A DNA stretch of 63,139 nucleotides, filler included, from Octopus bimaculoides (taxonomy: Eukaryota), in the NCBI RefSeq assembly GCF_001194135.2. It is 8 parts of 8 records of this genome, joined end to end, with 100 filler letters (N's around TTAATTAATTAA, not from the genome) between each part and the next. Parts side by side here need not be neighbours in the genome. Positions count along the whole stretch, not along the records: positions 1 to 29,125 come from NC_068989.1; 7 more parts are not named here. The stretch is one strand, 5' to 3'. This document shows positions 1 through 12,780 of this stretch, piece after piece (positions within the stretch are counted from its first letter, which is position 1; each line of letters opens with the position of its first letter). Both the position numbers and the translations under genes were made by a program. The notes below the pieces were generated by a model. It did not search any database. It was not told the DNA's origin and saw nothing but the letters and a program-made list of their open reading frames with translations.

Positions 1-357
1 CTATGACCCTCTCTGTAACTTTCATAACCTGATCTAACAGCTTGATGCCTCTGTAATTATTTGTATCTAAAGCGTCCCCTTTACCTTTGTAGCAGTTGAC
101 TATGATGCTGCTACACCAGTCATAGGGTATGACTCCTTCGTGTATCACCTGGTTCGTAATACGGGTGACTAGGCTATAGCCAACACTGCCAGATATTTTG
201 AGCATCTCTGCAGTGATTCCTGATGGGCCGGGGGCTTTCCCGGTCTTCATACTCTTAATTGCTTTATCTACCCTGGTACTATCAACTCGGATAGCTGGTC
301 CCTCTATTGGGTCGACATAAGGCAGGCTCTCTTTCTCCCATTCATTCTCTTGATAAC
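1..357 (-). mobile_element. RTE-clade LINE reverse transcriptase fragment
   Basis: Minus strand reads without stops: ENEWEKESLP...KAIKSMKTGKAPGPSGITAEMLK...IPYDWCSSIIVNCYKGKGDALDTNNYRGIKLLDQVMKVTERVI. Confidence 0.85.
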
Positions 358-1090
358 ATAAATGCCAGTTGAGTACTGGGGTTGATGTAATTGACCCATT
401 TCCTCCCCCAAACTTACTGGTCTTGTGCCAAAATATGAAACAATATTTGTCTTATAACTTTTTAGATAATGTTTTTGGTAAAGCAATAAACCCTGTGTGA
501 GGAGTCATTACTATTAACATTTAATTTTATCTCCTAGCTCTGCAGCAGCTATTTATTGGCTTGGTCTTGAAGAAGGGGCTTTGAAGAGACCCTCTGAGGA
601 AGGGGCTGTGTTAATGGACGTTGCAGACCTTCTGAGGAAGGATTTTTCTCCATGCCTGTCACAGACTTCTGGGGGAAGGGACTGTGCCCACAGCCATTAG
701 CTAACCCTTTGAAGGAGGAGCTACAAGTATTGAAAAGTGGACATTAAAACAATGACAAGGATAATAATGAATTCTTTATATGTTTGTGTGTGCGTGTGTG
801 TATTCGTATATACTAGTGTAAAATGACATGTCAAGTTGCATGCCTTTATGACAAAAAGTAACTTTAGTCATTCAATAAGCAGAGATTGATAAACTAGGTA
901 CCAGACTGAAATTGTACTGTACTTGGTTTCAAGGAGGTGCTCCAGCTTCACCAAAGTTCAGTGACTGAAGCCAGTACAAGAATAAAAGAATAAATATTGA
1001 TCTTCTAAAGAAAACATTGTTTTAATTATAAAATTGCAATATAATTTATTAAAATTTATGATTTATTCTAATTTATTATGTTTTTTCTAG

Positions 1091-1176
1091 AATCTTTCAG
1101 ATACATGGCAAGCAGCTGGATCTTTTTATGATTTACCAGATTTTCTGACCTGGAGAGCAACTGGCCATGATTCTAG
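1091..1176 (+). CDS. FGGY: FGGY carbohydrate kinase domain-containing protein (D-ribulokinase-like), internal exon A
   Basis: ttctag|AAT...TCTAG|gtatgt; translates [28 protein letters not shown](R), matching the FGGY motif FFDLPDFLSWKATG; phase 0 to 2. Confidence 0.93.
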
Positions 1177-1789
1177 GTATGTGTCCAACATTGCATCATT
1201 TTCATTAAATTGATTTAAAGACGTTTTATGAGGTAGATTTTGAAGAATAAAAGCTTAGTATCCAAATGGATTAAGTGTTGATAGAAGGGAGAGAACTGTG
1301 AATAATCCAACTAATGGGAGAAGAAGGGGCTATTAGTATGTTTTTGTTGTTGCTTTTGCTGAGTACTGGTTGTTTTGTCATTATTGCTGTTGTTATTTTT
1401 GTTGGGTAAGCAGATGTAGCATTGATTATTGTTGTTGTTTAGTCCCAAATCAGATCTATAATCAGACATTTTCAACTGTGATTCACAACTGTGATCATCC
1501 TGTCTTTTTACATAATCTAAGACTACCTTATATAATGTCTTGTATGTTTTTAAGAAAGAAGGATGTGATTTGATGAAATTTGGCTGCTATTTTTAACAGA
1601 ACCATCCCAAGTTGAGAAGTTCCATATTCAAGAGGTGGGTGACAGAGTATGCAAAAATGTTATTCTTCTCAACGTAGAGCTACTGATGTTTGATATGATT
1701 TAGTTTTAAATGTGACATGGTAATAAAGTAGGAGTATTTATTCCAAGGAAGATTGAAAAAACAAAGAAGGATATAAGCTCAGTGTTGCA

Positions 1790-1930
1790 CCAATGTTGTG
1801 CTAGTGTTGTATCAGTATCTTATCAGTTATGTATCAATGTTATACCAGTGTTGAATTGGTGCTGTATCAGTGTTGAACCTGTATTGTGCCAATGTTTTAA
1901 CTGTGTTGTACTAGTGTCGTATTAGTGTTA
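1790..1930. repeat. Degenerate 10-bp minisatellite (approx. consensus CCAGTGTTGT)
   Basis: About 14 imperfect units with 10-bp periodicity. Confidence 0.75.
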
Positions 1931-1989
1931 CACCACTAATCACCTGAAACACTAAAAGAATGGATACATTTCATCATATTTTGTTTTCT

Positions 1990-2900
1990 GGAAATAAGAA
2001 ATCTCCTCTGGAAGAACTGTGTTTGCATCTGTACTGATATGGCATCACCAATGGTTAAACTCTGTAACAAGTTTTGCTTCTCTTGTAAAACAAGAAAATG
2101 CAAATATTGTCTCAGCACATTGCTTTCTTTACGGAGAGGGACGATTTCCTCTCAGAGATGAACTACAAATCATTTTTGATGGCACTACAACAATAGTCAA
2201 CTTTATTAAACAAAGACAATTCATTTCAGAATGTTTAAAAAGTTATGCAAGAACTAGGACAAAGAGCACATGAATCTTTTACTACATACAAGATTCCAGT
2301 GATTGAGCACAGGAAGAATTCTAAACATGGTCTTTGGACTAAAAGATGAACTAAGAATACATTCAAGAAAACAATAAGCTAGAGTTTGACAAGTTCTATG
2401 AAGATTACAATTGGTTGTAGAGATTAGTCTTCTTAGCAAACATATTTCACCAGTTAAATCAGCTGAACAAATCATTGCAAGACTCTGGAGAAGAAATATT
2501 TGACAATAAGTGATAAAATTCTTGGATTTAAAAGAAGACTGAATCTTTGAAAAAACATCATAAAAGGAAATCTTGAAATATTTCAAATAGTGCTGGATCT
2601 TAAGAGTGAAGAAGGATATCAACATATTTCATGCCATTTTGGAACCCACATAGAAGAGCTGTTGGTCACAAGGGAACATTATTTTCCATTTCTTTTAACA
2701 GGAGTTTATAATTGGGTAAAGGATCTATATTGTGTATATCCTGCTCCTTCTAAGAACTTGGTTTTCAGAGAAGAGGGAGAACTTTGTGAACTGGTGCCTG
2801 ATTGTATACTCTTGAGTTTCTATGAAAGAGGAGTATCCTGCCAATAATAAGAAGCAATCAGTATATTATTGTAGTTTTTAATTTCATACATGTTAACTGT
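1990..2900 (+). mobile_element. Decayed hAT (Buster/Charlie-like) transposase fragment
   Basis: Broken frames with AHCFL, TTIVNFIKQR, LANIFHQLNQLNKSLQ and DKILGFK segments; many stops and frameshifts; boundaries approximate. Confidence 0.65.
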
Positions 2901-4760
2901 TTTTCTTCTTTAACAATTATCAAGAGTAAAGACAGAAATCATCTACTTTCAGTTGAAGGTAACATCTGTATGTTTATCTAAAGTTTGACCTGCATGAAAC
3001 ATTTGTCTATCAAATTACAGAGGCAAATGTCATTATCTAAATTAGATTCAATCATAACCTTGCCTTGACTCATTTTGAAAAAATATCTTCATTTATCTTC
3101 AGTATTATTGATAAATGGTTAAGTACCTGTAGCATCATGGCTATATCATATTGAATACTCTGATTCTCATTTTCTCACCAAAGTTAAGCAATGTCAAGCC
3201 AAGTTGATACTTAGATGGGTAACTGCTTAGTAAACCTAAGTGTCGTAAGCATCTCCTTTAGGCACAGACAAGCTTGCATCCCAACTATGTGATCTTGGGT
3301 TCAGTCCCACTGTATGTCACCTTGGGCAAATGTCTTCTACTATACCTTGGGCCAATCAAAGCCTGTGACTGGATGTGGCAGATGGGACTGACAGAAGTTC
3401 ATTGTGTGTGTGTGTGTGTGTGTGTGCATGTGTACACATGAGAGTTGTAAACAGTGTTGTTTATTTCTGTGAAAACTATGTGTGACCATGAGAAACATTA
3501 CATTACTTGGAAACAAAAGTGTGGAGGTTGGTGACAGGAAGGGCATCTGGCCTTAGAAAACGTACCTCAACAAATTCCATCTGAACCATGCAGGCATTGG
3601 AGAAGTTAAAACAATGATAATGATGGTGATTATCTATTTCCATTTTGTTTATGTTTATTTTTTGTTAATATAAGCATGTTTGATTTTATTTCTTGTTTGT
3701 ATGAAAAACACATTTTGAGGTCTCTTGAACAAACAGTTTCAATACCCTAGCTCAAGACCACAGCCTACCATACTGCCATACTGCAAGACTGGTTATGGAA
3801 ACTTAATTGCGTCATCATAAAAGACATTAACCTTTTGTTACAAACCCGGCTGAAACTGACTCTGGCTCTGAGTACAAATGTCTTGTTTTCACAAGTTTTG
3901 AATTAAAATCTCCTATCAAACCTCAGTCACAATTTCTGTTTCTAACACTAACTGAATGATAGCTAAGTTATTTTACTAAATTCTTTGTTATATTTAAAGT
4001 AATTGAAAGAAACATAGAGCATCTCAAAATAAATACAGTAACAAAAGGGTTAATGCCTAGCTGGAAAATAACTAATTGAGCTGGAAAATAACTAAGTGAG
4101 CTGGAATCTTCCCACTAAATATTCTTGTCAAACTCTCTAAAAACTCTATTGGGATTTTGAATTCCCAGACAGAATGACCTTGTGTCATTCAAATCCATGA
4201 CAGGTTTTCTCACTTTTTCTACTTGTTCTGCCTAAAATGACTCAAGTTGCCACTCAAAGTTATGTCAGTCAGCTTTATGATAAAGTGTTCTCATTCTTTC
4301 TACTTAATATGTTCTTAATGATTATGAGTTATCTTCATATACTATTTAACATATCGTGCAGTGAAAACTAGTACTAATTCCATTTAATGGTGGTGTTCCA
4401 GTATGACCACAGCCACATGGCTAAAATGAGTGAAAGAATGAAAGAATGTAAATGCAACTGTTCTAGGTTAATAAAAATTGTATGAGAATGAATAGCAATA
4501 TTAGTATGGTCATTAGGAATGTAACATGTAACCCACTAAATGTTATCTACCAAATTTTATTTAACAACCCTGATACTAACAGTTATTGTTTTGCAAAAAT
4601 CAATTATCAGAAAAGCATATAATGTTTTTTATGGACATGTACTTGCATAACAAGGAATTTGATCTGAGATTGTGTGCTGAAACAAAAACAATTGCAGTGT
4701 GGAGGATGTTTGTAAGCCATTTAAGAACACACAAAAATTGTTAGTTTCACTTCAACATTT

Positions 4761-4886
4761 AAATTCAATTTGTGTCAAAATATTTTTGTCATTTTGAAAC
4801 TGCAACCAGTTCACTGACACAAAGTTTTGTCAGTGAACTGGTCGTGGTTTCAAAGCGACGAAAATATTTTGACACAAATTAAATTT
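4761..4886. repeat. Imperfect ~58-bp-arm palindrome
   Basis: aaattcaatttgtgtcaaaatattt...ccagttcactgaca pairs with tgtcagtgaactgg...aaatattttgacacaaattaaattt. Confidence 0.8.
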
Positions 4887-5323
4887 AACTATGTTTGTCT
4901 TATGAAATTTAACTTTAGAAAGAAAGAGAGGGTAAAATGATTAATAAAGATATATAATAATATTTATATAGGGGTTTTCAAAGATGCTGCATTAATTTCA
5001 AGGTTCTTCAAGAGCAAAACGGTTAGGATGCACCAAGTTAAATAATCTCATTAATTAAACAAATGTGCTGTTACATTAATTAAATAATCATATTGTCGGA
5101 CATCAGTTATCTGATTAGGTCATGTTATATTAGCTAAATGAACTCATACATACATGTGTGTATGCACAAGCATAACTCTGTGGTTGAGAAGCTCACTTTG
5201 CAACCCTGTGGTTTCATATTTAGTCCCACTGCTTGGTAGTTTCAGCAGGTGTTTTCTGCAATGGCCCTAGGCTGAGCAATGCCTTGAGGGTGAGTTTGGT
5301 GGATGGATACTATGTGAAAATCT

Positions 5324-5367
<44 letters not shown>

Positions 5368-5577
5368 CACACACATACACACACACATATATAGAGAGAG
5401 AGATAATGATGCAAATAAATAAAACCATTTGGGTTTGATATACAAAATATACAGTGCCCCAGCATGGCCACAGCCTCAAGGCTGAAACATATAAAAGAAC
5501 ATGTATACATTTAAGCGTTACTAAGCATTTTCTATATTGAGCATCTTTGGATCTCATCTGTTGACTCACACTTTTTC

Positions 5578-5611
<34 letters not shown>

Positions 5612-5612
5612 T

Positions 5613-5645
<33 letters not shown>

Positions 5646-5776
5646 CGTAGTTTTGGTGAAGCATTGTATGGTATAACTTTAAAGATATATTTTTGTTGTA
5701 TAGGGTCCTTCTCTCATTGTTCTGGCCTTACACAACAAATCCCTTATATATATATATATATATATATATCTCAATC

Positions 5777-7056
5777 CTGGGCACTAAACCATTAATCCGT
5801 TAATCATTAATTGATGAAGTTAAGACTTTGGTTAATGATTTAACTTTTAAGTTAACTTTGAAAATCATTATTGGACTAATTAACTTCCGTTAACTCAAGT
5901 CTGCTTGAGTTAACTTCTGTTAACTCAAGTTACTGTGACAATCTTTAGGCTCAAGGACTTGAAGTCCAATAGCCTTTTCTACTGCAGCCCTTTGGTCGAT
6001 GCACTTTTGGCAGGCATTGACAAATGGTTTAGGACCCTCCTGGAGGATGAGGAAAGCCAGCTGGCTGCTGCCTTCCACCCCATGTTTCACCTCATCTGGT
6101 TGATAAGTATGACAACACCAAGGTCGCCAAGGTGAGGAAAAGCATGGAAGATAAGGTCGAGGAGGCCATGTGGCAGCAGTCTGATGAAGTAAGCAGCAGC
6201 AGTGGAGGCAGCAACAATGAGGAGGAGGAGGATGACTTCTTCAGTGGCATCAGCCACAGGAGAGCAGCAGGAGCCACAGGTCACTCAATGACAAGGCTCA
6301 GAATATGGTCAAGACCTGGTTGGAGACCAACTCCAAGGACTTGCTGACAAATGCTGCCTTCTTGGGTGAGCAAATGTTGGTGGACTTGTTCATCAAGTTC
6401 AACATAGCCATCCCCTCCAGTGCTGCAGTGGAGCATTTGTTTTCTATGAGCAAGGACATCTTGATGGCCAAGAGATCATCCCTGTCTGATGAAAACTTTG
6501 ATATGCTAATTTTCATGAAGGGCAACATGCATCTCATGAACAAAACAGGAGAAGAGGAAAAATTAAATTATGTATGTATCGTGTTTTTCATTTTAAAAAA
6601 AAATTTCTTTTTTTACAGCACTTTATCAATAAACTTTTTTTAGTTTAATACTAATATTGTGTTTCATTTGAGTTTTTTTTTTTTAAACTTTTCTGGTTTT
6701 AAAAGCCTTTAAAAACCTAAATTAGGGCCAAAACTATGGAATCAGCCTTTTTTTAAAGTTTTTNNNNNNNNNNNNNNNNNNNNNNNNNNNNNNNNNNNNN
6801 NNNNNNNNNNAAAGCTATAGTTTTGGGGTTCTAAATCCTTTAAAAAGGCCCCAAAAAGGCTGAATTTATAATTTTGACACTTTTTTAAAGGTGTTTTTAG
6901 AGCAAAAATTGATTTCTTGTGTTTTCTTTGATAAAAATTAATGTTATATTTTTAAAGAATTAACTGATTCACGGTTATTGAAGTTAACTTTTTGGTTAAT
7001 GGATTAATGGTTAACGAAGTAAACTTCTTGATCAATGGTGTAACTTTTCGATTAAC

Positions 7057-7060
<4 letters not shown>
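5777..7060 (+). mobile_element. Decayed hAT element with C-terminal dimerisation domain and GTTAAC-rich subterminal repeats
   Basis: ORF 6305-6643 contains LFIKFNIAIPSSAAVEHLFS...KRSSLSDENFDMLIF; flanks 5780-5930 and 6955-7060 share the inverted motif aaccattaatcc(g/a)ttaa and repeated gttaac. Confidence 0.7.
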
Positions 7061-7089
<29 letters not shown>

Positions 7090-7221
7090 CATACACACAC
7101 ATACATGCATACATACATACATGTGTGTGTATTTGTGTCTGTGTCTCTGTTTGCCCCACCACCACCACTTGACAACTAGTGTTGCTTTGTATATGGCTTC
7201 ACAACTCAGTATTATTATTAA

Positions 7222-7415
7222 GGTGGTGAGCTGGCAGAATCATTAGCACATCAGACAAAATGCTTAGCAGCGTTTCTTCTGGCTTTTGTTCTGAGTTCAA
7301 ATTCCACCGAGTTTGACTTTGCCTTTTGCCCTCTTGAAGTCAATGAAATAAGTATCAATGTAATTGACTAGACCACTTTCTCAAAATTTCAGGTCTTGTG
7401 TATAAAGGATGATTA
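7222..7415 (+). mobile_element. tRNA-derived SINE, family A
   Basis: ggtggtgagctggcagaatc...gagttcaaattcc (A/B-box-like) ...actttgcctttc...aagta; ATT tail; many copies in the window. Confidence 0.8.
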
Positions 7416-7652
7416 CTATTAATAGCAGTACTAAAAGCAGATAAAGTGTTCTTGGTTTTAAACATCAAACTCAAAATTTCTGACATCTATTAAGAAGAAT
7501 GTAAATACAAGCAGAAATAGTTGTAATTCTATTCAACACATACCACAAATGGTATCTTGACTGTTCTTCCTGAAGCTGTAGCAGTAATTAATCAATCTAT
7601 CTATTCTTTTTATTGACTTGTCCTTATATAATTCTATCTCTTTTGTTTCTAG

Positions 7653-7780
7653 ATCATTATGTTCAGTAACATGTAAATGGACTTATCAATCATCTGAGAA
7701 TGGTCAAGGAAATTGGAACAGTCAGTTTTTTGATTTAATTGGATTGCAAAAACTAACAGAAAATGATTTTGCTAAAATTG
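7653..7780 (+). CDS. FGGY: FGGY internal exon B
   Basis: tttctag|A TCA...ATT G|gtaagg; (R)SLCSVTCKWTYQSSENGQGNWNSQFFDLIGLQKLTENDFAKI(G), matching SLCSLVCKWTY...WDDSFWKMIGL; phase compatible with exon A. Confidence 0.93.
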
Positions 7781-7842
7781 GTAAGGTATATACATACATG
7801 CATATATAAGATATATGAATACATAAGGTACAGGCATGTATA

Positions 7843-7875
<33 letters not shown>

Positions 7876-9196
7876 NNNNNNNNNNNNNNNNNNNNNNNNN
7901 NNNNNNNNNNNNNNNNNNNNNNNNNNNNNNNNNNNNNNNNNNNNNNNNNNNNNNNNNNNNNNNNNNNNNNNNNNNNNNNNNNNNNNNNNNNNNNNNNNNN
8001 NNNNNNNNNNNNNNNNNNNNNNNNNNNNNNNNNNNNNNNNNNNNNNNNNNNNNNNNNNNNNNNNNNNNNNNNNNNNNNNNNNNNNNNNNNNNNNNNNNNN
8101 NNNNNNNNNNNNNNNNNNNNNNNNNNNNNNNNNNNNNNNNNNNNNNNNNNNNNNNNNNNNNNNNNNNNNNNNNNNNNNNNNNNNNNNNNNNNNNNNNNNN
8201 NNNNNNNNNNNNNNNNNNNNNNNNNNNNNNNNNNNNNNNNNNNNNNNNNNNNNNNNNNNNNNNNNNNNNNNNNNNNNNNNNNNNNNNNNNNNNNNNNNNN
8301 NNNNNNNNNNNNNNNNNNNNNNNNNNNNNNNNNNNNNNNNNNNNNNNNNNNNNNNNNNNNNNNNNNNNNNNNNNNNNNNNNNNNNNNNNNNNNNNNNNNN
8401 NNNNNNNNNNNNNNNNNNNNNNNNNNNNNNNNNNNNNNNNNNNNNNNNNNNNNNNNNNNNNNNNNNNNNNNNNNNNNNNNNNNNNNNNNNNNNNNNNNNN
8501 NNNNNNNNNNNNNNNNNNNNNNNNNNNNNNNNNNNNNNNNNNNNNNNNNNNNNNNNNNNNNNNNNNNNNNNNNNNNNNNNNNNNNNNNNNNNNNNNNNNN
8601 NNNNNNNNNNNNNNNNNNNNNNNNNNNNNNNTCAAGTAAAGTAAATAATAAGAAACTTTTTACTTAAAATATTTGCAGCTAAAATTATAATTTGAATATT
8701 AAAAATTATTTTATTATAGTTTACAAATAACACTATACTTATTTAAGTAGAATTTGGCTGACTTACTACCTTAAATACAGAAAAAAAGTGACTAATTAGA
8801 CAAACTTGCAAATTAGCTGAGCAGCTTTGTACAATAAATTTAAAAGATGGTAACTGTAAAGAGTGATAAATTAGAAGAACTGGCATTCTTTGCTGCAATA
8901 TTTTAAGTAAAAAGTTTCTTATTCTTTACTTTACTTGAAGTAATAGTTTGTCCTATACTTTTACAGATGTAACAACTTGTCCTGTACTTTGCCAGGTTTA
9001 TAATCTTAAGAATATTATTTTTCATGCTCGTATTTTTCTATGTAATCTCCACACATGTACATATCCATTTCCATAACTATGGATACATATGTGTGCAAAC
9101 ATCCAAGAACCTGTGGCTTCCTACATAATCTCTCATATATACCTATATAAATGTGCATATATGCATTCATAACATACTCATATCTATATAAGCCTG

Positions 9197-9230
<34 letters not shown>

Positions 9231-11119
9231 NNNNNNNNNNNNNNNNNNNNNNNNNNNNNNNNNNNNNNNNNNNNNNNNNNNNNNNNNNNNNNNNNNNNNN
9301 NNNNNNNNNNNNNNNNNNNNNNNNNNNNNNNNNNNNNNNNNNNNNNNNNNNNNNNNNNNNNNNNNNNNNNNNNNNNNNNNNNNNNNNNNNNNNNNNNNNN
9401 NNNNNNNNNNNNNNNNNNNNNNNNNNNNNNNNNNNNNNNNNNNNNNNNNNNNNNNNNNNNNNNNNNNNNNNNNNNNNNNNNNNNNNNNNNNNNNNNNNNN
9501 NNNNNNNNNNNNNNNNNNNNNNNNNNNNNNNNNNNNNNNNNNNNNNNNNNNNNNNNNNNNNNNNNNNNNNNNNNNNNNNNNNNNNNNNNNNNNNNNNNNN
9601 NNNNNNNNNNNNNNNNNNNNNNNNNNNNNNNNNNNNNNNNNNNNNNNNNNNNNNNNNNNNNNNNNNNNNNNNNNNNNNNNNNNNNNNNNNNNNNNNNNNN
9701 NNNNNNNNNNNNNNNNNNNNNNNNNNNNNNNNNNNNNNNNNNNNNNNNNNNNNNNNNNNNNNNNNNNNNNNNNNNNNNNNNNNNNNNNNNNNNNNNNNNN
9801 NNNNNNNNNNNNNNNNNNNNNNNNNNNNNNNNNNNNNNNNNNNNNNNNNNNNNNNNNNNNNNNNNNNNNNNNNNNNNNNNNNNNNNACATACTTACACAC
9901 ACAGAAATAGGGTTACAATTGTATATACTTATATGTGCGCACACACAGATGCATAGATACACACATACATGTATACATACATATATACATCCGCACACGC
10001 AACATACATGCATATATTCGTACATACATACACTCAAAGTATATGCAAGTACCTACCTGGAAAAGGTAAATCACATACTAGTTAGGGTGGGAAGAACCAG
10101 GGCATAAAGCACAATGGGGAGATATGTCAAACATTATATGGTGACCATAGATTGCTAGCCACTACACATTCTTTTTTTCTCTCCTTGTTTCTTTCCTTGT
10201 TCCTTTCTGTGGAAGAGCGTAGGCTCGAAATGTTAAAGGCCTTTTCACTTCCTAAGCGTTATACTAATACATCTGTTTGTTTTCTACACTACCTGTCTTC
10301 GTCTTTTGTTTTTTGTGTGAATTCTCCCTATATATATATATATAACAAATAATAAATGAGTATATGCATATATACGTACAGGTATGTGCATACTTACGTC
10401 TACCTGTATATATAGGTGCATATCTGGGTACAGGACATTGCAAATAAAACGTAGACAAAAAAATAATAATAACCAGAGTACAGAAAACACACAGGCCACA
10501 TAGAGAACATTTTACACACACACACAAAAAAAAAAAAAGATCAAAGGTCTTTCCTGAGCCAAAGGCTGATAATTCCAGTTCCCTGAGTGTGTGCTGTATT
10601 TATTCTCCCACTGGTTGGGATGCTGATCCATCACAGGATTACTTATTTTTGTCAGCTGAATGGACTGGAGCAATGTGAAATGAAGTGTATTGCTCAAGAA
10701 CACAATGCATTGACTGGGCCAGGAATCAAAACCATAATCTTATGATCATGAGTGCAACACCCTAATCACTCAGCCATGTGCCTTCACACACACACACACA
10801 TGTATGCATGTATATATTGCTGTGCTATGTCAAATATTTATCGTCATTATTGTTTTAATGTTTACATTTCCATATTTGCATGGATTAGAGGGAATTTGTT
10901 GATTTGGATTTTCTACAGCTAGATGGCCTTTCTGTTGCTAACCCTCCAGTAAGTTGCTATTTCCCATGTCCAGCCATGTTTCCATGGAAGGTTGCAAATG
11001 ATGGTCATTGGTTGTATGTAGGTGACACTTGTTTTCAGCTATCATCCTGCAAGGCTAAGAGACTGTAGCACATAACCCCACCACTCACATATATGTATGT
11101 ATATATGTTTGTGTGTGTA

Positions 11120-11161
<42 letters not shown>

Positions 11162-11699
11162 TATATACATGAGTATATGTACATACTTACATCTATATGT
11201 ATATATATNNNNNNNNNNNNNNNNNNNNNNNNNNNNNNNNNNNNNNNNNNNNNNNNNNNACAGGACGTCATGAAACGTGTACAACAAAAAATACGAAGCA
11301 CAAGTACATGGAATATGAACTATTTTTTTTGACCAACGAAAGACACAAATGGAAAACAAGACAAACAACACAAAAAACGACCCTTCATCAGTTGTTGGCT
11401 GTTTTCCTACTCTTGTATTTCGAGCATTTAACAAGATACACTTTTGATAAAACAGTTGCTCCCACAAAGCAAATTAAACAAAATTTAGGATTTTGCAGAG
11501 GGTCAAAATTGGTAACACAAAGAGGATAGTGAAAACAAACTGGAAGGGCTACTAAGGGCTGCTGTTGTGGTGGCAAACATATAAGTCAAGCTTGGACAGG
11601 AGACAGACAAGAACGCATCTTCCTTGATCCAGCTACAATGGAGAGAAAGAAAGAAACACAAGTTAGGAGAAGAAAGATGGCCGATGGTAATACTTTTGA

Positions 11700-12780
11700 C
11701 CACCACTTCCAAACCTACCTTATAGGAAACTGGAAAAGGTTTTTTTAAATGACTGCTTTATATTTTGGAACCGAAGTAAGGAGGACCTTACAAAATTTCT
11801 TAAATTAATAAATAGCATTCCTGTCTCAATCCAAATCACTATGGAAATGAACAAAAAGGAACTCCCCTTTCTGGATATTCTGATAATTAAAGAAAATGAG
11901 ACAGTTACAACTGACCTCTACTACAAGAACATAGACACACCAATATTTAGATTTTATATCTTGCCACCCTTCCCATACAAAAAGAACATATCATTTAATA
12001 TGGCAAGGTGCACATGCTCAATAGTCAGAGATATTGTTAGACAAGAGAAACAACTGGAAGAACTTAATATATTCCTTCAGAAGCAAAAATACTCCAACAA
12101 GTTAATTCAACATGCTATAACAAAAGCAAAGGAAATCCTGATTTCTACCTTATGGAGAATCATTCAGGCTTCATGCGAAAATAAAAATACGAATAGAAAT
12201 ATTCCATTTGTAGTCACCCACAATCCTAAAACCACAACATCCTGTACTTGGCCAAACGATATCTCTCAATTCTACATCAATCACCAAATCTCCAATGAGC
12301 AATTAAAAAATCACAAATTATCAACAGACGAAGACAACCACCTAACTTCAAAAGAATCCTAACAAAGGTGAGATTCACATTTGAAAAAGAAATGATCCAA
12401 GTTACCAACTGGGGAGACCCCCATTGTGGGACATGTGAATTAATTGAGCAAAGGACAACCAAAAGACTCAAGAATGGGAAGGAACCAAAAGTGAATGCAA
12501 CCATGAATTGGAAAGCAAAAATCTCATCTACTGCATCACATGCCCACAATGCAATGAAAATTACATTGGGGAGACAGGAATGAAGCTGACCACATGTGTA
12601 AATGTGCATAAACAACAAATTAGGGAGTCATCTCTTAGGAATATCCCATGCAGTGAACATCTAGATATCTGTGCAAATGACAAATTTAAAATGTTCCCAT
12701 TTTACAAAATAAATGTACAACTATGAAAGGCAAAAGAAGAATACTTAATAAGAATTCGAAATCCGAGAATAAACTGAAAA
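11700..12780 (+). mobile_element. Penelope-like retroelement, decayed RT C-terminus plus GIY-YIG endonuclease
   Basis: WKRF..DCFIFW...MEMNKKELPFLDILI...TDLYYK; then CGTC and NLIYCITCPQCNENYIGETG...NVHK (GIY-YIG); frameshifted. Confidence 0.85.

Noticed and set aside
7763-10107. Long ORFs in the supplied track (also 13047-13616, 42921-43727, 51028-51714, 58419-59268)
   Set aside because: They run through N gaps and microsatellites; not coding evidence
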